64,000 nucleotides of DNA from Obrimoposthia wandeli. Its lineage: Eukaryota. Below are positions 49,573 to 60,014 of this stretch, one piece after another; within the stretch, counting starts at the first letter, position 1; each line of letters starts with the position of its first letter. The translations under genes were made by a program, and so were the position numbers. The DNA is taken from the NCBI GenBank assembly GCA_977020255.1, contig CDROCS010001089.1:682001-746000 (forward strand). Direction: 5' to 3'. The notes under the pieces were generated by a model. That model did no database searches and was not told the DNA's origin. It was given only the letters and a program-made list of their open reading frames with translations.

Positions 49573-51579
49573 CTACGCAAGAGGTAGCCAGAGGCAAAAC
49601 GTACTGCCCTTATTCGGCTTAGAGTGGACACTGATTTGTGCTTGTTGTGATTGTAATAGTGAGTAGCTAATTGATAAACCCAAACCAGTACCGCCAGCAG
49701 TGTGGCTAAAAAAGGGGTCAAAAATACGTTCTAAGATTGTTTCAGACATACCACAACCCGTGTCAGTGACTAGCAGTATGACTGAGCCTTGCCTGTGACG
49801 CGTGCTAATTTTAATTTGAGCCGAGTTCTCACTGGCGGCGACGGCGTTAATTAGTAAGTTTATAAGCACTTGCTGAATTTTTTGTCGATTACCTAGCACT
49901 GCAGCTGTGGCGCGTAAATCAAAAGAGAGCGTAATATTTTTTGTGTGTAAATCGTGTTTCACCAACACACTCGTGGCATTTATCAGCTCATTGATATTAA
50001 TACGACTGCCCGGTTGAATATTAATATTAGGGCGTGATAATAACAATAGATCCCGGATTAAGGATTGAATACGCTTTACTTGCTGTACCATCACTTGAAT
50101 ATCGCTTTGTACATCCAAATCACACCCTTGCAATTCAATGGTCATCAAATCCAAGTGACCGAGAATCACCGCAGTAGGGTTGTTTATTTCATGGGCGATG
50201 CCTGCGGTTAACTGGCCGATTACCGCGAGTTTTTCTTTGGCGATCAGCTGTTCGCGAGTGCGCTTTAATAGCTTGATGTGCTGATTGAGCGATTCTGTGC
50301 GCTTTAATACTTTTACCTCTAACAAACCCGCTTCTTGTTCTATTTGGTCGTGTTGTTGTTCAAGCTGATTCAGCATCAGGTTAAATTGCTTGGCTAAGGT
50401 TTGTAGTTCAGGTGATGTGTTAGGTGATAAATGAATACGTTGTCGTAACCCGCGGCGTATTGCGGTAATCACATCAACCATGGTTTCTACGGGGCCAAAA
50501 ATACTTTTAGCGCCGCGAATAACAACATAAGTGCAGCTGATAAGTACCACCACGACTAGCGCTAGTAGCTGCCAAAGCCAGTTGTAAAACTCTTGGCGAA
50601 AAGGCGCTTCAAGAAACCCTGCGTAAATCATGCCGACGCGCGCACCGTCACTATCCACAATAGGTGAATAGCCAGATATGTACCAATCGCTGACCACAAA
50701 TGCTCTATCTAGCCAGCGCTCCCCTTGAAGTAATACCTTTTGACGCACTTGCTTGGACACTTTAGTACCAATCGCACGTCCTCCCGTTTGTGCTATATCG
50801 GGCACGTTAGTACTGATACGCACATCATCGAGGAAAATAGTAACAGTCCCCAGACTTTGGGTGTGTAATGAACCTTCGCCGTAAACCGTCTGCTTTATTT
50901 GATCGACGAAGGCATTATTGCGATTCATTAAAATGCCAGCACTGAGTATTGCGCTAACTTCACCTTTGGCGTCAAGCAATGGGTAAACTAAGTGCAACAT
51001 CATTGCTCTATCTTCGATAGCTTTTTGCGCAGAAACGGCTTGAGCGGTGTTTTTGATCGCAACTTTCGCACGTTCTGCCAATGGCACAGCAATAGCATTG
51101 AGTTGTGCCGAGCTAAATATTTCAACACCACTGCCGCCATCTCCACGACTGGCGTCGGTAATTAGTTTACTGGAGAATGTTCGACAGGGAACAGAACCGA
51201 ACATTGGGCAGTAATTTTTATCTAGTAATTGAATAAAATTTAGCTTGGCACTGTTCTTTATGTGTAATAGTTTTTCTTGCAGCTGTTGTTGATATTTATC
51301 GGTATCACGAAATTGAGGTTGGATCTGTATCAAAGCGGCTAATTGCTGGTGCTGTGCATTAATTACCAGCTGATTGTAATAATCCTTTTGGGTGTTCCTA
51401 AAACCTTGATTGGCCACTGCCAAATCGGTACTCGCTTTCATTAACAATTGGCGATAGCTGACTTGGTTGGTCCAAAAATAAAGTAATGTGATGAGCATCG
51501 CCGCCATGATGAGCATGGGGCCTAACACCAAAATGAGTAATTTCGGCCTTATGCTGTGTGGTTTTTCTAACCAGTTCAA
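49573..51579 (-). CDS. Cache-domain sensor histidine kinase
   Basis: TM, periplasmic TIFLDDVRISTN Cache motif, TM, HAMP, AHEINNP, NLLINA, GLGL; start moved to TTG 51579. Confidence 0.92.
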   Translation of the reverse strand: MNWLEKPHSIRPKLLILVLGPMLIMAAMLITLLYFWTNQVSYRQLLMKASTDLAVANQGFRNTQKDYYNQLVINAQHQQLAALIQIQPQFRDTDKYQQQLQEKLLHIKNSAKLNFIQLLDKNYCPMFGSVPCRTFSSKLITDASRGDGGSGVEIFSSAQLNAIAVPLAERAKVAIKNTAQAVSAQKAIEDRAMMLHLVYPLLDAKGEVSAILSAGILMNRNNAFVDQIKQTVYGEGSLHTQSLGTVTIFLDDVRISTNVPDIAQTGGRAIGTKVSKQVRQKVLLQGERWLDRAFVVSDWYISGYSPIVDSDGARVGMIYAGFLEAPFRQEFYNWLWQLLALVVVVLISCTYVVIRGAKSIFGPVETMVDVITAIRRGLRQRIHLSPNTSPELQTLAKQFNLMLNQLEQQHDQIEQEAGLLEVKVLKRTESLNQHIKLLKRTREQLIAKEKLAVIGQLTAGIAHEINNPTAVILGHLDLMTIELQGCDLDVQSDIQVMVQQVKRIQSLIRDLLLLSRPNINIQPGSRININELINATSVLVKHDLHTKNITLSFDLRATAAVLGNRQKIQQVLINLLINAVAASENSAQIKISTRHRQGSVILLVTDTGCGMSETILERIFDPFFSHTAGGTGLGLSISYSLLQSQQAQISVHSKPNKGSTFCLWLPLA

Positions 51580-51580
51580 T

Positions 51581-52948
51581 TTAAGGCTGCTCTTTAGGAT
51601 TATTAGAGAGCTTGCGTTCAACTGTTTTACGGGTGATTCCCAATAATTGCGCGGCCTGTGTTTTGTTATTGCCACAGTGGGCCAAAACTTTACTGATGTG
51701 CTCTAGTTCCACTTGTTCTAGGCGCCAGTGATGAGGGTAGCCGGATGGAGTGTTATCTTCTTGTGGGTTGAGCAAAGCTTTAGGTGAGCTACCTAATAAT
51801 ATAGACCGTTCAATTAGGTTGCGTAATTCTCGTACATTCCCAGGCCAGTGATAATCTTGCATGCTTTGATAATCACAGGGCTTAATGGTAATTCTTGGCA
51901 AGTTAAGTTGATTGCTAAGTATCGCGTTAAAGTGCTCCACTAAAAGTTCGACATCATCTAAGCGCTTGCGCAGAGGAGGTAATTCTATGGGTAATACGTT
52001 GAGCCGATAAAACAAATCTGCACGAAAATGACCAAGCTCTACTTGTTTTGCTAAAGGCTTATTGCTGGCTGCAACAATACGCACATCTATGCATTTCTCG
52101 CGTTCTGTGCCTACTGGTCGAATACGCGATTCCTGCAAAACGCGTAGTAATTTGCCTTGAAGTACTAAAGGCATTTCGCTGATTTCATCAAGAAATATAG
52201 TACCGCCATCAGCGTAACTAAAAAGGCCTTGGCGCGCTTGAATAGCACCGGTAAACGCGCCTTTTATATGCCCAAACAATTCGGATTCAATAAGTTCAGG
52301 TGATACAGCGGCGCAGTTAATGGGTACAAAAGATCCATCTCTGCCACTTAGCTCGTGCAATGCGGCCGCGGCAAGCTCTTTACCTGTTCCTGTTTCGCCT
52401 TCAATCAAAATAGAAGCGTTGCTGGGTGCGACTTGAGCGATTAGTTGGTTCACTTTGGTGATCGAATCACTTTCGCCTAGTAGAGAATGGTTTTGCTGGT
52501 CGATAGTAAGTCTGCGCTGTAAAACATAGTTTTCTCGAGAGAGTTTTAGGCGGTTGTAACTGCGATCTATAGCACCTGTTATCTGCTCCAATCTAAAAGG
52601 TTTAAGGACAAAGTCGCTGGCACCTAAGCGTACTGCATCTACGGCATTATCCAATTCAGCGAAGCCTGTCATAAAAATAATATCCGGGCGTTTATCTGCA
52701 TCTTCTAAACCCGCAACCCATTCTATGCCAGTTGTACTAGGCATATTAATGTCAACGATTAGCAAGTCGTATAGCTGATGCTCGCGAAGTTTATCTGCCT
52801 GTATAGTGGAATAAGCATAATCGACCACCGTATAAAGTTTGCATAACGCGCGCTTGAGGAAATGACAAATGCCTTCTTCATCGTCGACAATAAGAATGGC
52901 GAAAGGCTGGGGGTTGACGGAGGGTACTCGTTGTTGAGTAGCAGACAT
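51581..52948 (-). CDS. Sigma54-dependent response regulator (NtrC/AtoC family)
   Basis: VDDE receiver, GETGTGKE, GAFTGA, WPGNVREL, Fis HTH. Confidence 0.95.
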   Translation of the reverse strand: MSATQQRVPSVNPQPFAILIVDDEEGICHFLKRALCKLYTVVDYAYSTIQADKLREHQLYDLLIVDINMPSTTGIEWVAGLEDADKRPDIIFMTGFAELDNAVDAVRLGASDFVLKPFRLEQITGAIDRSYNRLKLSRENYVLQRRLTIDQQNHSLLGESDSITKVNQLIAQVAPSNASILIEGETGTGKELAAAALHELSGRDGSFVPINCAAVSPELIESELFGHIKGAFTGAIQARQGLFSYADGGTIFLDEISEMPLVLQGKLLRVLQESRIRPVGTEREKCIDVRIVAASNKPLAKQVELGHFRADLFYRLNVLPIELPPLRKRLDDVELLVEHFNAILSNQLNLPRITIKPCDYQSMQDYHWPGNVRELRNLIERSILLGSSPKALLNPQEDNTPSGYPHHWRLEQVELEHISKVLAHCGNNKTQAAQLLGITRKTVERKLSNNPKEQP

Positions 52949-53329
52949 AAATACCTATTATTATTGTTAGAATGAGATCTTTGAATAAAATTCTTTTACT
53001 TAGCGCCTCATTTAAGCGCAATACGGCGCTAGGCTCAATGGCTATTTGATCTTAAAAAGCACATAGAGAGTGAATAAAGAGCAATTAAGTTCAGGCAGTT
53101 TTTGTTCATAAGTCGTTGTTTTAGTGAATGAGACAAAAATTTAGGAGTTGAGTATGGGTAATAAAAACTGGCGATAATTATAAGAGTAACTTGCTAAAAA
53201 AGGAGGGGTTTTACATAACCACTTTGTCAGTGAGCTAAATTATAGTCGCTGTACTATCCAAAGTGGTGTGAGGTATATACTTATGCACAGCCTTGTAAAA
53301 ACTGAGCATAATTAATTGCCGAGTGAACT

Positions 53330-54886
53330 TTAACTTGCAACACAGCTGCGAACTGAATTATCGGCAGTTTCTGCTGTATTAGTATCAACTGCTTGTTTAG
53401 CGCTATTACTGCCAACAGGTGCTACCACTCTGATGGTGGCCACTTTGTTTTGGGTAAAGAAATCAATCCCTTCAGTGCCTTGTACTTTATTGTTACCCAC
53501 TAAAGAGTCTTTAATACCGCCAAAAGGCATATAAGGATGTGGAGCACAAACGCCGACATTAACGCCAACCATACCAACATCGGCATTGTTGATAAACTTT
53601 TCAATGTAATAAGCATTTTGGGTGAAGATACAGGCACCGTTACCCATCGGGTGATTTTTGATCATACGCAGTGCACCATCAATACAGCCCACTTTCATGA
53701 TGCTCAGCACTGGGCCAAATATTTCTTCACGGGCAATACGCATGTCAGGTGTTACATTGGTAAAGATGGTAGGGCCGATGAAATAACCGTCAGCATTTTC
53801 CGGCTTTGTCGCGGGATTACGGCCGTCTAACAGTAAGGTAGCGCCTTCTGCTAAGCCAATTTCTATGTAATTCTCTATGCGTGCTTTAGCGCTGGCAGAA
53901 ATAACAGGGCCCATGAAAATATCTGGATCTAAGGCATCACCTAAAGTAACCTTTTTAGAGGCTTCTAATAAACGCTCTACTAACTCATCATGCACTTCGT
54001 TAACGCAGGCAATGTTAGATATTGCCAAACAGCGTTGGCCTGCAGAACCGTAACCAGAGATAATAAGGTTCTCTATCAGCACATCCATCGGTGCATCCTC
54101 CATCACTGCTAGGAAGTTTTTAGCGCCTCCCAATAACATGGTTTTTTTACCGTTACTGCCACAGCCTGCAGCAATCGCTTTGGCAGTAGGGGATGATCCA
54201 ACTAGGCAAACGCCCGCGACATTATCATCATCGTACCAAGCTTCTACGACTTCTCTATCACCGTGTACAATATTAATCACGCCTGCTGGCAAACCAATTT
54301 GCTCAAACAGCTGTACCATCTTTTGCATAAATAGTGGCGATTCAGTCGATGGTTTATATACGAAAGTATTTCCAGTACCGATGGCAAACGGGATGAACCA
54401 GCCAAAAACTAAAGCGGGGAAATTAAAAGGCGCCACACCACAAAATACGCCCAACGGTGCCTTAATAATTCTACCGCTGATGTTACTAGCAATTTGCGGT
54501 ACGGTTTGGCCTTGGATGAGAGCCGGTATGGTACAAGCCATTTGCACTATTTCGACAACGCGCTGTACTTCACCACGCGCTTCACTAATGTGCTTTGCTT
54601 GATCTAAAGCCACGGCTTGCGCGAGCATTTCTTTGTGCTCAACCATGGCGCTGTGTAAAGCAAAGATATAATCCATTCGCTTAGGTAACGATGTTTCTTT
54701 CCAGTTTGTGAAGGCATCAGCTGCGGCTTGTGAGGCTGCTCTTGAATTTTGCGCATTACCTAATGGCACAGTGCCAATTTGTTGACCTGTAGATGGGTTG
54801 TATAGTGGTGTTGTTTCATTATGGGTTGGTGTTATCCACTGCCCGTTGATGTAATCGCGAATGATAATTTGTGGTGCAGCGCTCAT
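53330..54886 (-). CDS. CoA-acylating (methyl)malonate-semialdehyde dehydrogenase-like ALDH
   Basis: APFNFP, LLGGAKN (no ELGG Glu), GQRC, EEIFGPV, FGGIKDS. Confidence 0.85.
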   Translation of the reverse strand: MSAAPQIIIRDYINGQWITPTHNETTPLYNPSTGQQIGTVPLGNAQNSRAASQAAADAFTNWKETSLPKRMDYIFALHSAMVEHKEMLAQAVALDQAKHISEARGEVQRVVEIVQMACTIPALIQGQTVPQIASNISGRIIKAPLGVFCGVAPFNFPALVFGWFIPFAIGTGNTFVYKPSTESPLFMQKMVQLFEQIGLPAGVINIVHGDREVVEAWYDDDNVAGVCLVGSSPTAKAIAAGCGSNGKKTMLLGGAKNFLAVMEDAPMDVLIENLIISGYGSAGQRCLAISNIACVNEVHDELVERLLEASKKVTLGDALDPDIFMGPVISASAKARIENYIEIGLAEGATLLLDGRNPATKPENADGYFIGPTIFTNVTPDMRIAREEIFGPVLSIMKVGCIDGALRMIKNHPMGNGACIFTQNAYYIEKFINNADVGMVGVNVGVCAPHPYMPFGGIKDSLVGNNKVQGTEGIDFFTQNKVATIRVVAPVGSNSAKQAVDTNTAETADNSVRSCVAS

Positions 54887-55145
54887 AGTTTAACCCGATA
54901 TGTTTGCAGGGCAACGTTGTTGATTGTTGCCCATATTGATAGAGGGTAAGAGGTTGTCGTAAAAGGTAGTGAGCGATAATAAGACAAGGCAAAAATTGGC
55001 GAAATAGCGAAGTTTACTAGTGTAAATGAGCATATTGAGCCGATTTTTAACGCCGTATTATTGAGCGCAGTAGTTTTACGGTACCCTCGTAAGGAAGTTA
55101 CCCGTGAAGAAAGTGAGTAGTGTAGGAAGGTTTAGCCAGTAGGTA

Positions 55146-55220
55146 GAGTACCAATTAAGGGGAAAAACGCGCTAACTGGTACCTTTGTTAGCAATAAGTA
55201 GCGACTCCATGGTACCAGTT
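55146..55220. promoter_or_regulatory. Candidate MocR operator upstream of the ALDH
   Basis: Perfect inverted pair AACTGGTACC (55174) and GGTACCAGTT (55211), plus variant GAGTACCAATT (55146). Confidence 0.4.
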
Positions 55221-55265
55221 GGTGAAAGCCAATGGGCCTGATGTATAGCGGTAGGTATTAAGTGC

Positions 55266-56720
55266 TCAACTGAGCTGGTTGATAATACCAGCTAAGGCCT
55301 TGATGCCTGGCTCAATCAGCTCGGCTGAAATAGAGCCATAGCCTAAACGAAAGCAGTGGCTGTGCTCGGTGTCGCAATAATAAATGCTACCAGGTTCTAT
55401 CAAAATGCCTTGCTCGCGTGCGCTTTGCGCTAAAGTATCTGCATTTAGATGTGCAGGGCCTTCCACCCAGTATGACGAGCCGCCAAAGGTGGGCGGCACT
55501 GAGCTATCGGGGATATATTGCTGTAAAGCTTGCTGCATTAAAGTCCATTTTATCTGGTAGTTAATGCGCTGTTTGTTGATTAGCACATCGTAGTAGCCGC
55601 GTGCGATAAACAGCGCTACACTGCGCTGGTTGTTCATTGGTGCTTGACGCAGCATTAAACGCCTTAAAGCTTGCGCTTCTTTGATGAGGGCTTCATCTGC
55701 AACCATATAACCAAGGCGTAAGCCGGGGGCGAGTGTCTTGGAAAAACTGCCGACATAGATGACGCGACCGGCTTGATCGATGCTTTTTAAAGCGGGAGAG
55801 GGGATGCCTGTGAAGTTAGTTTCAGCTTCGTAATCATCCTCAATAATTAGAAAATTGTGTTCAGCCGCTTGTTGTAACAACTGTTTTCTACGCTCGATAC
55901 TCATCGTCACGGTAGTGGGAAATTGATGGCTGGGAGTGACATAAATGCAATCGCAATCTGCTAACTTTTCGCTAATCACCACCCCTTGTTCATCTATCGC
56001 TAAAGGGAGAATATGCGCAGGGCGGTTTAAGGCAATATTGCGCACATCCACATAATTTGGATCTTCTATACCGAAGGTGTCCCCTTCTCGTAGCACTAGG
56101 CGGGTAGTTAAATAAATAGCGTGCTGGGCGCCTACTGTAATTAGTATTTGGCTACTTTTAGCAGCGATGCCTCTTCTAGGTAGGATATGGGTTTGGATAT
56201 GCTCGATCAACATAGGGTCGTCTTGTAGTTGATCAGATGCCCAGTTACCTATCGCCGCGACAGAAACTGAATCACGCGAGCATTCTCGCCACTGTGCAAT
56301 AGGAAAGCTTTGCGGATCAAACTGGCCGTAAATAAATGGGTATTTATAGCGCTGCCAGTGTTGGTGCTTAACAATATTTTCTTGCTCGCTAAGTTTGCGC
56401 GGTAAAAATTTTTCCCAATTCACACTATCTTGTAATTCATTTTCCGGCACTTCAGCGGTATATAACGGCTGGTATTGCGGGTTGATGAAGTAGCCGCTGC
56501 GCTCTTTTGAAACGATCAAGTTTTCACTGAGCATTTGCTCGTACACGCGGATGACTGTGTTGCGTGAGATTTTCAAATCGGCCGCCAGTTTACGACTGGA
56601 AGGCAGCGACTTATCAAGTGGAATGCTGCCATTAAAGATGGCTTTAGTCAGCTGCGTTTTCAGTTGCTGCTGTAGGCTATTTTCGCTGTTGTGTTCTAAA
56701 TGAAATAGATGAAAAGACAT
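55266..56720 (-). CDS. MocR/GabR-family PLP-dependent GntR regulator
   Basis: LPSSRKLA...ISRNTV wHTH; TPSHQFP, EDDYE, SFSKTLAPGLRLG. Confidence 0.95.
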   Translation of the reverse strand: MSFHLFHLEHNSENSLQQQLKTQLTKAIFNGSIPLDKSLPSSRKLAADLKISRNTVIRVYEQMLSENLIVSKERSGYFINPQYQPLYTAEVPENELQDSVNWEKFLPRKLSEQENIVKHQHWQRYKYPFIYGQFDPQSFPIAQWRECSRDSVSVAAIGNWASDQLQDDPMLIEHIQTHILPRRGIAAKSSQILITVGAQHAIYLTTRLVLREGDTFGIEDPNYVDVRNIALNRPAHILPLAIDEQGVVISEKLADCDCIYVTPSHQFPTTVTMSIERRKQLLQQAAEHNFLIIEDDYEAETNFTGIPSPALKSIDQAGRVIYVGSFSKTLAPGLRLGYMVADEALIKEAQALRRLMLRQAPMNNQRSVALFIARGYYDVLINKQRINYQIKWTLMQQALQQYIPDSSVPPTFGGSSYWVEGPAHLNADTLAQSAREQGILIEPGSIYYCDTEHSHCFRLGYGSISAELIEPGIKALAGIINQLS

Positions 56721-57001
56721 TATAATTTATTATCCAACTCTCTAAAGTAATCGTATTGATTACAGTAAGATGCAGTAGCGATAGTCGTAGTAATTAAGAA
56801 GGGGGAAGAGCGCTCTTTATTGCCACTAAAGTACATATATAACAAGAGGTTCAACAAATGAACAGCGATTAGTCAGTTTATCGCTTTAAATGCGTTGAGA
56901 GGTCACTTAGTAGGTAAGTTAATAAGTAAGTATTGGCAGGTCGCTCTCAATGTGGATTGAGAGCGGGAGAGAATATCAGCTACTTAGGCTTTAAGGGCTA
57001 T

Positions 57002-57637
57002 TTACGCCGCTATTTCGATTGCTCTTTGTGCTGCAATTTCACTGCAGTTAAGGCTCATTCTAACCCCAGGCTGCAATATTTCTTGAGCATTTACTTTGCG
57101 TGTAAAAACTTCCATCAGCATCGGCTTAAAAAAGGCTAAAGGCAAACTCTTGTATTCAGGGTCGAAACTAGTTTGATCCCACATTCCACAAAAATAGACA
57201 GCATCTTCGTAACATGGGTGATCAATAAACTGCTCACGTGCATCAGGGTCAGCATTAGTATGTTCTGCGTAGTATTTACGCTGGAAAATACCATGCTTTT
57301 CTATCACCCAACGGCACTGTTCACGTACATAAGGGGCTAAAATAACCGCCGCATATTGATCGTGATTATAAGGCGCGTACATATCGCCAATGTCATGTAA
57401 TAGCGCACTAACTATCCAATCGATGTCTGCGCCATCACGATAGGCACGGGTTGCAGATTGCAAACTGTGCTCCAGACGCGTGACTTGATAACCGCTTAAT
57501 GAGCTATCCAGTTGTGAGAGAGCGGTATACAAACGTTCGCCAACAGCAGAGGCATACTCAACTTCAAGGGCTTCTAAAAAGTCGTAATCTTCTTTGTCAC
57601 CGTCAGACATTTTGGTGAATTTAGCAATGTTGATCAT
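57002..57637 (-). CDS. HD-domain metalloprotein (putative di-iron oxygenase)
   Basis: LEHSLQSAT, LLHDIGD, NH, HG, D ligand pattern; start moved to ATG 57637. Confidence 0.8.
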   Translation of the reverse strand: MINIAKFTKMSDGDKEDYDFLEALEVEYASAVGERLYTALSQLDSSLSGYQVTRLEHSLQSATRAYRDGADIDWIVSALLHDIGDMYAPYNHDQYAAVILAPYVREQCRWVIEKHGIFQRKYYAEHTNADPDAREQFIDHPCYEDAVYFCGMWDQTSFDPEYKSLPLAFFKPMLMEVFTRKVNAQEILQPGVRMSLNCSEIAAQRAIEIAA

Positions 57638-57712
57638 AGGGTTACCTGTCAAAGTAAGCATTAGCCAGCTTAAATACTTATTTAAGATTAATGGAAAATG
57701 CCGAATAAATTT

Positions 57713-58822
57713 TTAATATGAGTACTGTCTGTTAGCGACACGCTGGATGCTCTTTGGCCCATCTCTATCGATGTAACAGCCTTGTAAGTGTCGAACGCCT
57801 TGGGTGGGGTCAAACTCAGTGCGCCCGTGAAGTATGCGATTATTGTCAAACATCATTAAATCACCGGCACAGAGTTTGAATTTCTTTTCAAAGTTAGCAT
57901 CTTCAAGCAATTCACCCAAGCGTTTTCGCGCTTGTTGATATTTTTGTAATTGTGCTTCTGGTAATAATGGTAAATCATCTAGGCGAGGGCTGTAGTGAAT
58001 ACCTGAAATGTTACCGAGTGTGTCTTTTTCAATTAAAGGGTGAAAGGAAACCAATTCAGTATCAGTATCATAAAAGCGAAAGCGCACTACTGTTTCAGTC
58101 AGCAGTTTATAGCCTTCAGGATCTTCCTCGCGTAATTTGGTCACAATGCTCAAGCCATCAGCGAGGGTAGAGTAGCCGCCTTGCGTATGGTTTTGCAAAC
58201 AATGTAATAGTTGGATGCCGGGCACAGGGTCACGATAGGGATTATCAGTGTGAGGGCCAATAGCATATGGCGTGTATGCAAGGTCGTTGGGGTTAGGTTT
58301 AGAGTACACTTCAAAGAAACGGCCAAAATTAGTATCGCGTACATTGCCGTAATAAGTAGCAATAGATAAGATACTGTCGCTCTCAGTAGGTGTGTTAGTG
58401 AGAATGATATAACCGTAACTTAAAAAAGCGTTAACAGACTGTAAAAACAACGTTTTACTGGTAAGTAACTGCTGCCAATCATAGCTGGTGGCAAGTTGTT
58501 CGCGCGCTACCCAAGGAATAATTGGCGGTAAGCCTCCATCAAAGCAGTTAGTTTGTTTGGCTAAAAAATCAACATCATATTCAGTGCTATGACCATCACT
58601 AAAACTAATATGCAGTTGTTCTCCTGTCAGGACAGCTGCAGTGATAGTTATGTGGCTATCGAGCAAATGCGGGTTAAATAAACGCTGTGCAGTTTTGGTA
58701 TCGACTTGACGGGGATCTTGAGTGCGCTCTCTTAGCCAAAGCGCTGGTAACTGAACGGTTTTTTCATCAGATATAAGAAATATCTTAAAGTTATTATTAT
58801 GCTTTTCAATATTAATCTTCAT
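57713..58822 (-). CDS. TauD/GBBH-family Fe(II)/2OG dioxygenase, TmpA-like
   Basis: WLRE N-domain, HTDNPYRDPVP, DNNRILHGR, RHLQGCY. Confidence 0.88.
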   Translation of the reverse strand: MKINIEKHNNNFKIFLISDEKTVQLPALWLRERTQDPRQVDTKTAQRLFNPHLLDSHITITAAVLTGEQLHISFSDGHSTEYDVDFLAKQTNCFDGGLPPIIPWVAREQLATSYDWQQLLTSKTLFLQSVNAFLSYGYIILTNTPTESDSILSIATYYGNVRDTNFGRFFEVYSKPNPNDLAYTPYAIGPHTDNPYRDPVPGIQLLHCLQNHTQGGYSTLADGLSIVTKLREEDPEGYKLLTETVVRFRFYDTDTELVSFHPLIEKDTLGNISGIHYSPRLDDLPLLPEAQLQKYQQARKRLGELLEDANFEKKFKLCAGDLMMFDNNRILHGRTEFDPTQGVRHLQGCYIDRDGPKSIQRVANRQYSY

Positions 58823-58922
58823 TGTGCTACTCTGTTTTCGGTGATGATAAAAATTGAATTTGATCACAACTATGCAACTGCGAACAATTAGTTAAGTTCT
58901 AATAAATATATAAGAAAAACTT

Positions 58923-59858
58923 ATGAAACGATTAATATCGAAACTTCCTCCGCACAAAGCATTAATTGCCTTTGAAGCGGTTGTGCGTTTGGGCACAGTA
59001 ACCGCAGCGGCTAAAGAGCTGACAAGCACTCAACCGGCTATTTCACAGCATATTAAAAATTTAGAAATAAACTTAAACACCAGTTTGTTTATGCGCGAAG
59101 GTCGCTTATTAAAACCGACTGATACAGCGCGTAGTTTCTATGAAGAAGTAGTGCCATTGCTAATGCAAATGGCTGAGGCTGCAGAGCAATTGCGGCATGA
59201 TAAAAAATCAGATAACGTAATTAATATAGTGAGTAATAGTGGCTTAGCTCACTTTTGGCTATTACCTATGCTGCCGCAATTACAAACCGATTTCCCCCAT
59301 TTAACATTTAACGTGACGCTTTCTGATTCCGCTGAGTTTGTGGCGGATAATGCGTTGCTAATTGGCTTTGGGCAATTAGCTGACTCGCAACAAAAAACGC
59401 CAAACAAGTTATTAGCGCATCGCCATACTTTGTTTGTAGAAGAGGTTTACGCTGTGTGCAGTACCCAGTACGCTGAGCAACATAATTTAACAGCCCTGTC
59501 TTCTATTGAAGATATATTACAACTTCCTTTAATTCACTTAGATGAGTTTGATAGCCGCTGGTTAAACTGGCGTGATTGGTTGCAAACATTTGGTTATAAG
59601 CAACAAAAAAAAGCACCTTTAGTACTGTTGGGAAATTATCATTTAGTTATTTCCCAAGTGCATCAGCAGCAGGGCATTGCTTTAGGTTGGCGTTGTTTAG
59701 TGCAGCATTTACTCGATCAAAAACAACTCGTGCAAGTGGGAAGTGCGGTGGTAAGGCGTGAAGATTATGGCTATTTCATTGATACGCAATATGCAAAGGG
59801 AGATAGCTATCAGCAGGTTTACCAGTATTTACAGCAAAGGTTGGTGGCTGATAACTAA
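58923..59858 (+). CDS. LysR-family regulator (GcvA-like), divergent from the dioxygenase
   Basis: LPPHKALIAFE...AAAKELTSTQPAISQHIK. Confidence 0.92.
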   Translation: MKRLISKLPPHKALIAFEAVVRLGTVTAAAKELTSTQPAISQHIKNLEINLNTSLFMREGRLLKPTDTARSFYEEVVPLLMQMAEAAEQLRHDKKSDNVINIVSNSGLAHFWLLPMLPQLQTDFPHLTFNVTLSDSAEFVADNALLIGFGQLADSQQKTPNKLLAHRHTLFVEEVYAVCSTQYAEQHNLTALSSIEDILQLPLIHLDEFDSRWLNWRDWLQTFGYKQQKKAPLVLLGNYHLVISQVHQQQGIALGWRCLVQHLLDQKQLVQVGSAVVRREDYGYFIDTQYAKGDSYQQVYQYLQQRLVADN

Positions 59859-59873
59859 GTATTGATATTGTTA

Positions 59874-60012
59874 GAGGCCTTTGCACAATTACTGCACTCA
59901 GTGATACGGCGTTAAAAACAAGCTCGAAATCCTCATTTATAGGCATAAACTCCGGTTTTTCGCTTGTTTTTGCCTTGTCTCACTGTCGCTCGCTACTTTG
60001 TGCAAAGGTCTC
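59874..60012. mobile_element. 139-bp MITE, copy 2
   Basis: 4 mismatches versus 16668-16806; flanked by 5-bp direct repeat TGTTA. Confidence 0.88.
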
Positions 60013-60014
60013 TG

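Noticed and set aside
57002-58822. Assigning gene symbols tmpA/tmpB
   Set aside because: The HD partner lacks the TmpB/PhnZ motif; family-level call only.
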